DNA from: Nitrospirota bacterium | GTDB lineage: Bacteria > Nitrospirota > UBA9217 | Direction of reading: 5' to 3' | DNA: 64,000 nt | Assembly (NCBI GenBank): GCA_963737155.1 | Contig: CAVTRN010000001.1 | Location: 736,001-800,000 of the forward strand | Shown: positions 28,252 through 42,596 of the stretch, in pieces | Layout: every line of letters begins with the position of its first letter | Numbering within the stretch: the stretch's first letter is position 1 | Position numbers and translations under genes: made by a program | The notes under the pieces: model-generated | What the model was told of the DNA's origin: nothing | Databases searched by the model: none | What the model saw: only the letters and a program-made list of their open reading frames with translations

Positions 28252-28925
28252 TGATGATTTACACATACCCTGTTGATGCTGTCCTCCTCCTCGGCGCCAC
28301 CGGTGTTGGAAAAAGCCCGCTCGGCGATTCTCTCGCACAGCATGGACTGTTCGGACGACTATGCCATCATCTTGATTTCGGAGCTGAATTGCGGCTCGCT
28401 ATATCGGACAGAGAGCGCTCTGACGTCTATTCTCAGGATGAACTTTTTTTTATTCATGGTGTTCTAGAACGGGGTCTGCTGCTGGAAGATAAACATTTTC
28501 CGCTGGCTGAGAAAATAATCTCTCTTTTTCTTGATCGAACTGGTTTTTCTCAAAAGGATCTGCTCGTTTTGAACGGTATTCCCCGCCACGTGGGGCAGGC
28601 CCAGGATATCGCTAGGATCGGAACTATTCATGCAGTTATTGTTCTCGATTGTACTGCAGAGGACGTTCATTGCCGCATCAGAAACAACGTGGGCGGAGAC
28701 CGAGCGATACGAGTTGATGACGATAAAGACTTGATAGAGAAAAAACTGACAATTTACCGAGAGCGGACGGCCCCACTTATCGAGCACTATGAAAATTTTG
28801 GCCGCCGCATATTTCGAATCAGGGTATCAGGTGACATGACTGCGGAGATGGTTTACCGGAGCATTTCGTCACTTGCCACCAGTGACCCACCAGTCACCCT
28901 TGTCGCTGAACCACCACAGCGATGA
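28251..28925 (+). CDS. Adenylate kinase-like nucleoside monophosphate kinase
   Basis: GATGVGKS P-loop, DFGAELR, LNGIPR...QA and R.DD...Y...T.PLI motifs; short or absent LID. Confidence 0.75.
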   Translation: MMIYTYPVDAVLLLGATGVGKSPLGDSLAQHGLFGRLCHHLDFGAELRLAISDRERSDVYSQDELFFIHGVLERGLLLEDKHFPLAEKIISLFLDRTGFSQKDLLVLNGIPRHVGQAQDIARIGTIHAVIVLDCTAEDVHCRIRNNVGGDRAIRVDDDKDLIEKKLTIYRERTAPLIEHYENFGRRIFRIRVSGDMTAEMVYRSISSLATSDPPVTLVAEPPQR

Positions 28926-29441
28926 ATCTGTATCCAGGACGGTTTTTGCCAATTCACGTGCGGTATCGGTCTGGATTCTCCTGAGCGAAAATTCGAGCCA
29001 TTCATCGGCATATTTATTTCCCAGATCCTTATATTCCTTCAGTGCCAGAATCATTTCCAACTGGTCGGCATCCCTTGCTAGTTTCGCTTCTTCCGTTTTA
29101 CCTTCATTAAATTCAAGGACCAGTTCTTGAATCTCGTTGCCGAAGGGCAGCGTCTGAGCTAGATCTGCAACTGCTTTTTTTTCGTCCGCTTCAACATACT
29201 TTTTATTTACATAGTTAAGGTCCCCAGTCCTTGCTTCCGGAAGATCATGGAATAGGCACATTCTAATCAGACGGTCAACATCAACACCTCGTGAAAGCTT
29301 CCCCAAGGCATAACCGATATAGGATGTACGGAAAATATGTTCTGCAACGGATTCTGCGCCGCTTCCGAGGAATTGAAAACCGCTCCGGGGAGTGCGCTTC
29401 AGCATTCCCGCTTCGAAAAGAAAGTTTGCGATGTTTTTCAT
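28869..29441 (-). CDS. HD-domain hydrolase (YfbR/5'-deoxynucleotidase-like)
   Basis: LKRTPRSG, ESVAEH, FHDLPEARTGD and DADQLE motifs. Confidence 0.88.
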   Translation of the reverse strand: MKNIANFLFEAGMLKRTPRSGFQFLGSGAESVAEHIFRTSYIGYALGKLSRGVDVDRLIRMCLFHDLPEARTGDLNYVNKKYVEADEKKAVADLAQTLPFGNEIQELVLEFNEGKTEEAKLARDADQLEMILALKEYKDLGNKYADEWLEFSLRRIQTDTARELAKTVLDTDSSLWWFSDKGDWWVTGGK

Positions 29442-29509
29442 GATTCTTTTTATACCATGAACCCTGACAGTATGCAACGTGTTTGGCGATGAAGGATTTT
29501 TGATGCTTG

Positions 29510-29749
29510 TTATACACAGCGTGGTGAAATAAAAATCTATTATTAATATATATTAATAAAATAGTAGTAGTAGTAGTAAGTCCTGTGGATATGTTAGAAG
29601 GAGTGAAAACACATTGAAAGAGAAATGAAAATGTAAAGTCTTTTCCAGAGGAAACGCGCGTGGATTCCCGGGGACAACGGTGTTGAAAAGAGAGGAAGCG
29701 AAGATATGCACAGGTTGTTCTTCATTAACCCACAAGGGATTGTGGCTAA
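29510..29749. other. oriC unwinding region: AT-rich element, DnaA-trios and DnaA boxes
   Basis: TTATACACA (29510-18); AT-only palindrome TATTAATATATATTAATA (29541-58); (TAG)x5 (29562-76); TGTGGATAT (29584-92); further degenerate boxes at 29641, 29669, 29681, 29704, 29726 and 29741. Confidence 0.85.
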
Positions 29750-30099
29750 CCTGGAGGCCAGTTAAAATGACGGCCAGATAAAAGATGAAGATGCACATGA
29801 AACACTGTCTGTCCCGCGCCGGCGCCATTGTTGATGACTAAGCGGTATCCTTTCGCATCCAGGCCCTTCTCGTTCGCTATTTTTTTCGCTGTAAAAAAAA
29901 GGTGGCCGACAAGTTCCCGGTCTGTCTCCGTCATGCTGTGGATCTCGGGAATATGCCTCTTGGGAACAACGAGCAAGTGCACGGGCGCCTGGGGTTTTAC
30001 ATCCTCAAATGCGATAACAGTCTCGTCCTCGAACACAATCTTGGACGGAACTTTTTTGTCGACGATCTTGCAAAAAATACAGTTCGAATCCCGGTTCAT
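29746..30099 (-). CDS. Histidine triad nucleotide-binding protein (HinT-like)
   Basis: [32 protein letters not shown] and WPPG motifs. Confidence 0.95.
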   Translation of the reverse strand: MNRDSNCIFCKIVDKKVPSKIVFEDETVIAFEDVKPQAPVHLLVVPKRHIPEIHSMTETDRELVGHLFFTAKKIANEKGLDAKGYRLVINNGAGAGQTVFHVHLHLLSGRHFNWPPG

Positions 30100-30440
30100 G
30101 ATTTCCTTTTTTCCACGGACCCGGAGAAGCTCCTGAAAAAGCAGCTGCGTGCTCCGGTATGGCACGCGGGGCCGGTTTGTTCGACCTTCACCAGGAGAGT
30201 GTCCTGATCGCAATCATAGAGTATATCCTTCACCAGCTGGATATGACCGGAGGTTTCCCCTTTTTGCCAGAATTTCTGGCGTGAACGACTCCAGAACCAG
30301 GTGAGGCCGGTATCAATGGTCTTTTTCACGGATTCGGCATTCATATAAGCGACCATTAGGACTTCATCTGTTTTCCAGTCCTGGATAACAGCGGGAATTA
30401 GTCCTTTTTCGTCATATTTCAGGTTGTCCGGTATGCGCAT
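30096..30440 (-). CDS. hisI: Phosphoribosyl-AMP cyclohydrolase
   Basis: WSRSRQ..W.KGETSGH, DCDQD and ACHTG..SCF motifs. Confidence 0.96.
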   Translation of the reverse strand: MRIPDNLKYDEKGLIPAVIQDWKTDEVLMVAYMNAESVKKTIDTGLTWFWSRSRQKFWQKGETSGHIQLVKDILYDCDQDTLLVKVEQTGPACHTGARSCFFRSFSGSVEKRKS

Positions 30441-30644
30441 AGGACTTTTTAACACAAACGGCAATAAATGTCTAGAGGTCCGTAGTAATATGCTCGATTT
30501 CTTGAGATTAATGCCGATCATTTTGACAGGCAGTATCGCAGGGCAGCCGATCGTCGCAAGAATTACAAAAACGCCGATTATATCATCAACGATTGCTGTT
30601 TAGTGAGCGTGCCTTGCCGGGACAACAAATAAAGCACAACCTGG

Positions 30645-31118
30645 TTAAATGAACAGGTTAATCTGCGAGTCTGCGGCAGCATCCAGCCACGTTGCTGCGC
30701 CGCCAAACTCAACACCCTCGATGATGTCAGATTGTTTGACTCCCATGACATCCATAGTCATCTGGCATGCAATGAGCTTCACACCGCTCTCTTTGGCAAG
30801 GTCAAGCAGTTGGCCAATGCTTGCAACGCCATGTTTCGTGAACATCGACTTCATCATGGACGTTGCCAATGCCTCCATTCCCGGTAACGTCGCGACAAGG
30901 GTCGGAATCGGCATGGGCATCGGCAAGGCGGGATTCCCGAGGGGGGAGATCTTCAGGTTGTCAGCATTATTTTTTTTGATTATGTCGAGGCCGTAGAAGG
31001 TGAAAAAAATCGTTACGTCGACATCCATTGCTGCGGCCGTTGTTGCGAGAATCAAGGGCGGATATGACATGTCCAATGAACCCTTGGACGCAATGATCGT
31101 CATTTTTTTATTTGCCAT
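30645..31118 (-). CDS. DsrE/DsrF/DrsH-like (DsrE2-type) sulfur carrier protein
   Basis: YPPLILA..AAA, IFFTFYGL, IACQMTMDVMG and C-terminal NLFI motifs. Confidence 0.88.
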   Translation of the reverse strand: MANKKMTIIASKGSLDMSYPPLILATTAAAMDVDVTIFFTFYGLDIIKKNNADNLKISPLGNPALPMPMPIPTLVATLPGMEALATSMMKSMFTKHGVASIGQLLDLAKESGVKLIACQMTMDVMGVKQSDIIEGVEFGGAATWLDAAADSQINLFI

Positions 31119-31128
31119 TATGTTCTCC

Positions 31129-31371
31129 TTATGCTGTTTTCTTAATATAAAAGGCGAACGTGCCGGAACCCTCTTCAACCTTCAGGATTTCATTACTCGT
31201 TCTCTTTGCCCACGCCGCCATGTCGTTTTTCGAACCAGGATCTGTGGTTTCCACTTTAAGAACTTGATCTTTCGCAAGAGATTCAACAGCTTTCTTGGTT
31301 TTCAAAATCGGAAGAGGGCAACTCAATCCTTTTGCATCCAAAAGCTGATCGAACTTTATTTCTGCTGACAT
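31129..31371 (-). CDS. TusA-family sulfurtransferase
   Basis: LDAKGLSCPLPILKT...TDPGS..D motifs; AGGAGG RBS. Confidence 0.92.
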   Translation of the reverse strand: MSAEIKFDQLLDAKGLSCPLPILKTKKAVESLAKDQVLKVETTDPGSKNDMAAWAKRTSNEILKVEEGSGTFAFYIKKTA

Positions 31372-31454
31372 GATTCCGTCACCTCCTGTAATAATATAAA
31401 TACTGATACCATCATATGAACGGATGGATTTTTCAAATATGAAACAAGTGTTTT

Positions 31455-31483
31455 ATTATAAGAAGCTATGGTTTCGATGTCAA
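31455..31483 (-). promoter_or_regulatory. Consensus sigma70 promoter of tusA-dsrE
   Basis: TTGACA-17-TATAAT on the minus strand. Confidence 0.8.
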
Positions 31484-31628
31484 GCAATATTTTACATGGT
31501 TTCATTCTCATGCCTGCTTCACAATTCGAGCACGACATCATGGTATGAGAAATGAGAAATTTTCATCGTTGTTTAGTATGATAGAAGAGACGCGTTGGTT
31601 TCTGTTGTTTTGCCGGACCAAAAATACC

Positions 31629-31657
31629 TTGCCAGAAAATTCGGCTTCTGGTATAGT
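31629..31657 (+). promoter_or_regulatory. dnaA promoter
   Basis: TTGCCA-17-TATAGT with extended -10 TG. Confidence 0.65.
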
Positions 31658-31826
31658 TTTGCCTCGTTGTCATAAGTAATCTAGTATCTCGATCATAATT
31701 CTGCAAGATACATGCTAAGTACACTTATCAGGGAACTATAAAAAATACGCAGTAAAGGGTAATAAATATCAGATAAACTGCCTCCGAGCAGAGCAATAAC
31801 ACACTGAAAAATAATGATAATATTGA

Positions 31827-31846
31827 TTGTCCACACCTGTGGATAA
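31827..31846. promoter_or_regulatory. Inverted pair of DnaA boxes upstream of dnaA
   Basis: TTGTCCACA-CC-TGTGGATAA. Confidence 0.85.
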
Positions 31847-31894
31847 GAATGTTTGTAACCATCACCGTTTTTTCGCGTATTTTCGGAGTATTTC

Positions 31895-33223
31895 ATGGAT
31901 CAAGAAAGAGTTTGGGAAGAAATACTGCTTCTCATAGAAAACCGAATGTCTAAGCAGGGTTACGATACCTGGTTCAGTCAGTCAAAACTTTTGTCTATTG
32001 ATGGCAATCGGCTGCTGATAGATGTTCCCAGCAAATTTCATCGTGATTGGATCAAGGAGCATCACTGGGGGATACTGAGCGAGGTTATTCGCGAAGTCAC
32101 CAAGAAAGAGGACATGGAAATAGAATTCTTTGTCCAGCCGCAGCAAGTGAAAAAGGCGGTGCGCCAGTCAAAGGAAGAAAAAAAAGAAGGTCGAGAGGAA
32201 AAGATCGGGCTCTTTGAAAAAAAATACACGTTCAATACCTTCGTTGTCGGGCCAAGCAACCAGTTTGCTCATGCGGCGGCAAAGGCCGTAGCTGATGCTC
32301 CGGGAAGGGCTTACAATCCGCTGTTCATCTACAGCGGGGTCGGGCTTGGGAAGACCCATCTCATCAATGCTGTCGGGCATTATATCCAAGGCAAATCGCC
32401 GCGTACCAAAGTAGCCTACCTTTCTTCGGAACAGTTTACGAACGAACTGATCAACCGCATGAGCCACCAGCGAATGGAGGAGTTTCGTCAGAAATACCGG
32501 AATATGGACGTTCTAATCATCGACGATATCCAATTCATCGCCGGCAAGGAGCGGACGCAGGAAGAGTTCTTTCACACGTTCAATGCACTCTATGAAGCGC
32601 AGAAACAGATTGTGCTTACAAGCGACCGACAGCCGAAGGAAATTCCTGATATTGAAGAGCGTCTGCGCTCACGATTTGAATCTGGCTTGATTTCCGATAT
32701 TCAGCCCCCCGATCTGGAAACGAGAATTGCAATTCTTAAGAAGAAAGCGGACGTCTGGGGAATCCGTCTGCCTGACGATGTGGCAGAGTTTCTCGCTGCG
32801 ATGATGAAGAGCAACATACGCGAACTTGAAGGCGGACTCGTCAAACTCGGCGCCGTTTCGTCGCTGACAAATACTGAGATAACACAGGAGCTCGCAAAAA
32901 ACGAACTCAAGTATATGATCGACAACAGGGATAAGATCATCACGAACGACCTTATCCAGAAGTTCGTAGCTGAATCCTTTGGAGTTAAAATTTCTGATCT
33001 GAAATCGAAACGCCGCACCAAGGCCGTAGTTTTGCCACGGCAGGTGGCGATGTATCTTTGTCGCACACTGGCGAATTCATCGCTTCCCGAGATAGGTAAT
33101 TTTTTCGGCGGCAAGGACCACAGCACCGTAATCCATGCTTGTAAAGTGATAGAAGAAAAGAAAGAGAAAAACACCGAACTTCGGTCGAGAATAGAGATGT
33201 TGATTAGGCAGATAAAGCGTTGA
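31895..33223 (+). CDS. dnaA: Chromosomal replication initiator DnaA
   Basis: YNPLFIYSGVGLGKTHL, DDIQF, QEEFFHTFN and GGKDHSTVIHA motifs. Confidence 0.99.
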   Translation: MDQERVWEEILLLIENRMSKQGYDTWFSQSKLLSIDGNRLLIDVPSKFHRDWIKEHHWGILSEVIREVTKKEDMEIEFFVQPQQVKKAVRQSKEEKKEGREEKIGLFEKKYTFNTFVVGPSNQFAHAAAKAVADAPGRAYNPLFIYSGVGLGKTHLINAVGHYIQGKSPRTKVAYLSSEQFTNELINRMSHQRMEEFRQKYRNMDVLIIDDIQFIAGKERTQEEFFHTFNALYEAQKQIVLTSDRQPKEIPDIEERLRSRFESGLISDIQPPDLETRIAILKKKADVWGIRLPDDVAEFLAAMMKSNIRELEGGLVKLGAVSSLTNTEITQELAKNELKYMIDNRDKIITNDLIQKFVAESFGVKISDLKSKRRTKAVVLPRQVAMYLCRTLANSSLPEIGNFFGGKDHSTVIHACKVIEEKKEKNTELRSRIEMLIRQIKR

Positions 33224-33310
33224 AATTACAAGATAAAACGTAGTAAAAAGTTATTGCTATTTATTGATGAATCTGATAGTATTGTTGGATGTGACAGGAG
33301 GCTTCCCTAG

Positions 33311-34426
33311 ATGAAATTGAAGATCAAAAAAGAGGAAATCCTGAAGGGGCTGCAGAGAATTCAGGGCGTCGTGGAAAAAAAGAACACTATGCCCATTCTC
33401 TCGAATATGCTCCTCACAGCCGATGACGGCGGTCTAGAGATCATTGCCACGGATCTGGAGATCGGGCTCCGCGGGCGCTATACGGCCGATGTCGAAAAAC
33501 CCGGTTCCGTAACCGTGTCGGCGAAGAAGATGTACGAGATCGTACGCGAGCTCCCCGCGGATGATGTGCAGATAAAAGTTGAGGAAGGTAACTGGGTAAA
33601 AATAATATCGGGGCCTTCGCAGTTCAAGCTTGTGGGACTGCCGAGGGATGAATATCCCGCACTTCCCGATGTGGCGGAAGAAGGAATGATCGCTATCGAC
33701 GGAGACATGCTCCGCGATATGATCAGGAAGACACTGTACTCAGTGGGCGAGAATGACGCCCGGTATGTGCTGAACGGTCTTTTTATGCACATGACTCAGG
33801 TAAAGGGTGGACTCAATATTCGCATGGTTGGCACTGACGGGCACCGTCTTTCCATGATTGACCGCGTTATTGACGCCAAGCACAAGGAGGAGAGCATCAT
33901 CATCCCCAAGAAAGCCATGATGGAGCTCCGGCGTCTCCTTGAGGAAGATGCACCCAAGACCGAACTCAGGCTCGGGTTCAGCAAGAATCATGCTCTCTTT
34001 AAACGCGACGGACTCGTCATGGTATCGAAGCTCATCGATGGCAACTATCCCAATTATCTCCAGGTGGTGCCGGCGAAGAGCTCGAAGAAGGTCTTGGTCT
34101 CCAAGGAAGTGATGGTCCATGCAGTCAAGAGGGTGTCGATCCTGTCCAAGGAAAAGACTAACGCCGTCAAGCTGCAGCTCGAGAAAGAACGTATCATTCT
34201 CTCGACGAACAACCCGGAAATCGGGGAAGCGAGCGAAGAACTAGCCGTGGATTACACAGGTGAAGAAATTGCCATCGGTTTCAACTCCCGCTACCTCATT
34301 GATGTGCTCATGTCGATTGACCGAGAACATATTGCGATTGAACTCAACGACCCCCTGAGCCCGTGCCTCATAACTGAGGATGGCGACGAGCATTATAAGT
34401 GCGTGGTCATGCCCATGAGGGTTTAG
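33311..34426 (+). CDS. dnaN: DNA polymerase III beta clamp
   Basis: ATDLEI, TDGHRL, FNSRY and VMPMR motifs. Confidence 0.98.
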   Translation: MKLKIKKEEILKGLQRIQGVVEKKNTMPILSNMLLTADDGGLEIIATDLEIGLRGRYTADVEKPGSVTVSAKKMYEIVRELPADDVQIKVEEGNWVKIISGPSQFKLVGLPRDEYPALPDVAEEGMIAIDGDMLRDMIRKTLYSVGENDARYVLNGLFMHMTQVKGGLNIRMVGTDGHRLSMIDRVIDAKHKEESIIIPKKAMMELRRLLEEDAPKTELRLGFSKNHALFKRDGLVMVSKLIDGNYPNYLQVVPAKSSKKVLVSKEVMVHAVKRVSILSKEKTNAVKLQLEKERIILSTNNPEIGEASEELAVDYTGEEIAIGFNSRYLIDVLMSIDREHIAIELNDPLSPCLITEDGDEHYKCVVMPMRV

Positions 34427-34485
34427 CCACAGGCGTATGACGAAGAGGGACTTGATTGCTAGTGGACACATGAATTTAAATGTAA

Positions 34486-36969
<2,484 letters not shown>

Positions 36970-37607
36970 CAGCGTGGAATTCAAGTAGCGGCTGGTTTTG
37001 GTCTGCGATGGATCAGAACTCTGGCGGTGCGAGGTTGCATGGGCGAACGGTTTGTACGAAAGGGCGTTTGCCGGACCTATCTAAAATCAAGGAAAACCGA
37101 CTTTTTTGATTGTCCAAAATACCGGAAGATTTCATCGCAGCCATTGAAAAAACGCTTGCGAAGAGAACGGGATGGAAGGGAAAATCGACTAAAAGTACTG
37201 CTTGCGCTTTTCAACAAAAATGAATTGCGCCGCCTGCTAGTCGACACGTATGCGCTTGTCTTTCATTGATCGCCGCGATTCACCAGCGTTCTGGATATCT
37301 CGACAACCGGGACGAGTGATGTGCATTTATAATCATGCTAAGTGAAAGAATAGTTCGGATTTTGGCGTCCCGGGATTGAAGGTCGATGATTTCGCAGTCC
37401 CAGAGAGGGTTGGTCAATACGCATGCCGCCGGTCCGAATCGACACTGTACCATAGATCACCGGCATAGCATGGAGAAAAGGCATACTCAAGCCTGATGCG
37501 GATTCGTTCGATGCCATTTCCTACATCGGGAAGGACGAGTCCATTTGAAATAAGCACGCGCACTGGCAGAAAGACCTTGCTGATGCTCTCGGCGAGGATT
37601 TATCTTT

Positions 37608-40100
37608 ATGGAACCACTTGAAATAAAGTCGCAGATTAATATAGAGCAGGAGATGAAGACCTCCTACCTCGACTACTCTATGAGCGTGATCGTTGGCCGG
37701 GCGTTGCCCGACGTGCGCGATGGGCTTAAGCCTGTGCACCGACGCATTCTTTATGCAATGTTCCGTGAAGGACTCCTGCATAACAAAAAGTACTCCAAAA
37801 GCGCAGGTGTTGTAGGCGAAGTGCTGAAGAAATACCACCCCCATGGAGACAGCGCAGTCTATGATACCATGGTCAGGATGGCCCAGGACTTCAACATGCG
37901 TTACACCCTGGTGGACGGCCAGGGAAACTTCGGGTCCGTAGACGGCGATCCAGCTGCGGCCTATCGCTATACCGAGGCGCGGCTCACGAAGCTTGCCGAA
38001 GAGCTTCTTACTGATATCGACAAAGAGACGGTGGACTTTGTACCGAATTTCGATGACACCACGACGGAACCCTCAGTGCTTCCCACACGCGTGCCGAATC
38101 TCCTGATCAACGGTTCGGCAGGCATCGCCGTGGGCATGGCCACAAACATCCCGCCCCATAATCTCTCGGAAATCGTCGACGGGCTCTTGATGATGATCGA
38201 CACTCCCGAGGTCACGATTCCGGAGCTTATGACCGTGATCAAAGGGCCGGATTTTCCCACTGCCGGTTTCATACACGGCTATGAAGGAATCAAGCAGGCT
38301 TACATGACCGGCCGGGGCATCGTTCAGATGCGCGCCCGGGCAACGATAGAAGAAGGCAAGGGAGACCGAGAAAGCATCATCGTAACGGAACTTCCCTACC
38401 AGGTGAACAAGGCCCGGCTGCTCGAACGGATCGCTGAACTAGTGCAGGACAAGAAGATTACCGGCATATCCGAGATTCGCGATGAATCGGACCGTGAAGG
38501 AATGCGCATCGCAATAGACCTGAAGAAGGGCGAAATCGCGACGGTTATCCTGAATCAGCTCTACAAGCATACGGCAATGCAGTCTACGTTTGGCGTAATC
38601 ATGCTTGCCTTGGTAAACAACCAGCCGAGGGTGCTGAACCTTCGTAAACTCCTGTCGAACTTTATCCAACATCGCAGGGAGGTGGTTGTTCGCAGGACAA
38701 AATACGACCTGAAAAAAGCAGAAGAACGCGCGCATATCCTACTAGGTCTCAAGATCGCTCTCGAAAACCTTGATGCGGTTATCGCCCTCATTAAAGCCTC
38801 AGCAAACCCCGACGAGGCTAAATTAGGGTTGGTGCGGGAATTCAAACTTTCCGAAATACAGGCCCAAGCCATCCTTGATATGCGGCTTCAAAGACTTACA
38901 GGCCTCGAGCGCGATAAAATTATTACCGAATATGAGGAAGTGCTCAGAGAGATTGTGAGATTGAACGAGATTCTTGCTTCCGACGCATTGGTCATGAAAA
39001 TTATAAGAGATGAGCTGCTCGCGATCAAAGCGGAATACGGAGACCCGCGCCGAACCGAGATCGTGGCGCAAACCTCGGAAATCGACATCGAGGACCTGAT
39101 CAAGGATGAAGAGATGGTGATCACCATCTCTCATGCTGGCTACATTAAGCGTAATCCGCTTACGACCTATCGCGCTCAGAAACGCGGCGGCAAGGGCAAA
39201 ATCGGCATGGAGACGAAGGAAGAGGATTTCGTCGAACGGCTCTTTACCGCCACGGCGCACAGCTACATCCTTTTTTTCACGAACAGGGGCAGAGTATACT
39301 GGCTCAAGGTCCATCAGATACCTGAGGCAAGCAGACAGGCGAAGGGAAAGGCCATCGTCAATTTGATCCAGATAAGCCAGAACGAGCGTGTAACGGCGGC
39401 GCTTCCGGTACGAGCATTTACGCCGGACCACTTTGTTCTCATGGCGACCAAGCAGGGCATCGTAAAAAAAACGGAGCTCGAATCTTATAGCCATCCCCGG
39501 CCTTCGGGCATTATTGCAATCACCCTTGAGGAAGGGGATGAGCTCATCTCCGCTGAAGTAACAGACGGTAATTGCGACGTGTTCCTTGGGACGAAAGATG
39601 GCCTCTCGATCCGCTTTACCGAGGAGGATGTGCGCGAGATCGGACGGACGGGCAAGGGTGTGATTGGAATCAGGCTTGACGAAGGTAACGAGGTCAAGGG
39701 GATGGAGATTGTGCGTGATGATTCGACGATTCTCACTGTGACCGAGAAAGGTTATGGGAAGAGGAGCACGCTTGAAGATTACCGCAGCCAGGGCCGTGGC
39801 GGCAAAGGCATCATAACCATCAAGACCACTGAGAAAAACGGCCGGGTCATTGGTCTGGCCCAGGTATCTGGGGAAGACGAGATTATTCTTATTACCTCGA
39901 ACGGAAAAGTGCTGCGTATCCGGGCCGGGGATATATCTGTGCAGGGCCGGAATACCCAAGGTGTGCGTCTCTTCGATATTGAGGAGGGAGATAAGGTTGT
40001 CAGCTTCGCCAGGGTCGTTGAGCGGGAAGACGTGAAGGAGGAGGCGAGTGAGAAAGGTGTACCCGAGCCACCGGCCGGCCAGGATTCCGGCGTGTCATGA
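37608..40100 (+). CDS. gyrA: DNA gyrase subunit A
   Basis: [27 protein letters not shown] and GyrA box QKRGGKG. Confidence 0.99.
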   Translation: MEPLEIKSQINIEQEMKTSYLDYSMSVIVGRALPDVRDGLKPVHRRILYAMFREGLLHNKKYSKSAGVVGEVLKKYHPHGDSAVYDTMVRMAQDFNMRYTLVDGQGNFGSVDGDPAAAYRYTEARLTKLAEELLTDIDKETVDFVPNFDDTTTEPSVLPTRVPNLLINGSAGIAVGMATNIPPHNLSEIVDGLLMMIDTPEVTIPELMTVIKGPDFPTAGFIHGYEGIKQAYMTGRGIVQMRARATIEEGKGDRESIIVTELPYQVNKARLLERIAELVQDKKITGISEIRDESDREGMRIAIDLKKGEIATVILNQLYKHTAMQSTFGVIMLALVNNQPRVLNLRKLLSNFIQHRREVVVRRTKYDLKKAEERAHILLGLKIALENLDAVIALIKASANPDEAKLGLVREFKLSEIQAQAILDMRLQRLTGLERDKIITEYEEVLREIVRLNEILASDALVMKIIRDELLAIKAEYGDPRRTEIVAQTSEIDIEDLIKDEEMVITISHAGYIKRNPLTTYRAQKRGGKGKIGMETKEEDFVERLFTATAHSYILFFTNRGRVYWLKVHQIPEASRQAKGKAIVNLIQISQNERVTAALPVRAFTPDHFVLMATKQGIVKKTELESYSHPRPSGIIAITLEEGDELISAEVTDGNCDVFLGTKDGLSIRFTEEDVREIGRTGKGVIGIRLDEGNEVKGMEIVRDDSTILTVTEKGYGKRSTLEDYRSQGRGGKGIITIKTTEKNGRVIGLAQVSGEDEIILITSNGKVLRIRAGDISVQGRNTQGVRLFDIEEGDKVVSFARVVEREDVKEEASEKGVPEPPAGQDSGVS

Positions 40101-40885
40101 AAAAAGCTCTTCTGGTTATCCTGATCGGATTTCTCTTGACGGGATGCGATGTTTTTGACAAGGCCGCGAACGAGAAGTATGAAGCCGCAACCAAATGCTG
40201 GAATGCGAGGGATTACCAGACCGCCGTGAAGTTATACTTCGAGCTTGTGAAAGAGCATCCTTCGAGCCCGAAGGCGGATGATGCGCTCTACTGGGCAGGG
40301 GTAACACAGTTTCTTTATCTTGGCGAAACTGACAAAGCGCTCCAGACGCTTCGGCTTCTGCTCAAGACCTATCCAAACCGAGAAAGGGCGCCGCACGCAC
40401 AATGGTATATCGCGCAGATCTATGAATTGGGTTACAACGACTATGAACGGGCGATAAAGGAATATCAGGCGGCTGCTGCCTACACGAACCCTGAAGTACG
40501 GGAAAAGAGCCTCTACAGCCTTGCGGAATGCCAATTCCGGGTGGGAAGGATTGAAGAGGCGAAGGAGACCTGGACGAAACAGGTGGCCGAGTTTCCAAAC
40601 GGGTCGCAGTCGCGTATTGCCTACTTCCGCCTCGGTACGGCGGCATTTTCAAAAGGCGACCTCGATGCTTCAGAGCAGTATTACCGGAAAGCTTTAGAAC
40701 AAAATACGGACAAGGAACTGGTGATTAAGACGAAATTTGCCCTTGCCGAGTGCCTTGAGCTCGGCGGTAAACTGAAAGACGCACTCGCGCTCTATAAAGA
40801 GATTGAACCGCTATATCCGAATCCCGAGGCCATCCAGATCAAGATTAAGGCACTCGAGAACAGGATTGTCAAGAAAAGTTATTGA
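40097..40885 (+). CDS. TPR-repeat lipoprotein
   Basis: Lipobox LTGC and multiple TPR-like repeats; start overlaps the gyrA stop. Confidence 0.85.
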   Translation: MKKALLVILIGFLLTGCDVFDKAANEKYEAATKCWNARDYQTAVKLYFELVKEHPSSPKADDALYWAGVTQFLYLGETDKALQTLRLLLKTYPNRERAPHAQWYIAQIYELGYNDYERAIKEYQAAAAYTNPEVREKSLYSLAECQFRVGRIEEAKETWTKQVAEFPNGSQSRIAYFRLGTAAFSKGDLDASEQYYRKALEQNTDKELVIKTKFALAECLELGGKLKDALALYKEIEPLYPNPEAIQIKIKALENRIVKKSY

Positions 40886-40912
40886 CAATGTAGAAGGAGA
40901 ATGATAACCTAA

Positions 40913-42199
<1,287 letters not shown>

Positions 42200-42277
42200 G
42201 TTTTTTAGTTGAGAGTTTATGGACGCGAAGAATTAGTATCCAAGAAACTCTTAAAACGCGACGGACTTGCGAAACAC

Positions 42278-42363
<86 letters not shown>

Positions 42364-42429
42364 TACATAATGAAAGAACGGTTAAACAGTCTGAATGATT
42401 TGAGCGGTTGAGAAAATAATGATGAATAT

Positions 42430-42519
42430 GGAGAGGTGGCCGAGCGGCTGAAGGCAGCTGCCTGCTAAGCAGTTGTGGGGGTAACTCCACCCCGGGTTCG
42501 AATCCCGGCCTCTCCGCCA
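42430..42519 (+). tRNA. tRNA-Ser(GCT)
   Basis: Anticodon loop CT-GCT-AA; long variable arm; CCA. Confidence 0.95.
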
Positions 42520-42596
42520 GTTTCAAGAAAGCTTATAAGCAGCAGCCAACGGAACACTGTAAAAATATTTTTATCATTTTCAGGAGGGTATTTCCC

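Noticed and set aside
29562-29579. (TAG)n as a microsatellite, or ORF 29553-29828 with poly-Leu
   Set aside because: Better explained as DnaA-trios adjacent to a DnaA box.
38823-39959. 378-aa minus-strand ORF, and many similar antisense ORFs inside purL, mnmE, gyrB and the SNF2 gene
   Set aside because: They lie antisense to well-conserved genes and have no motifs, so they are shadow ORFs from codon bias.
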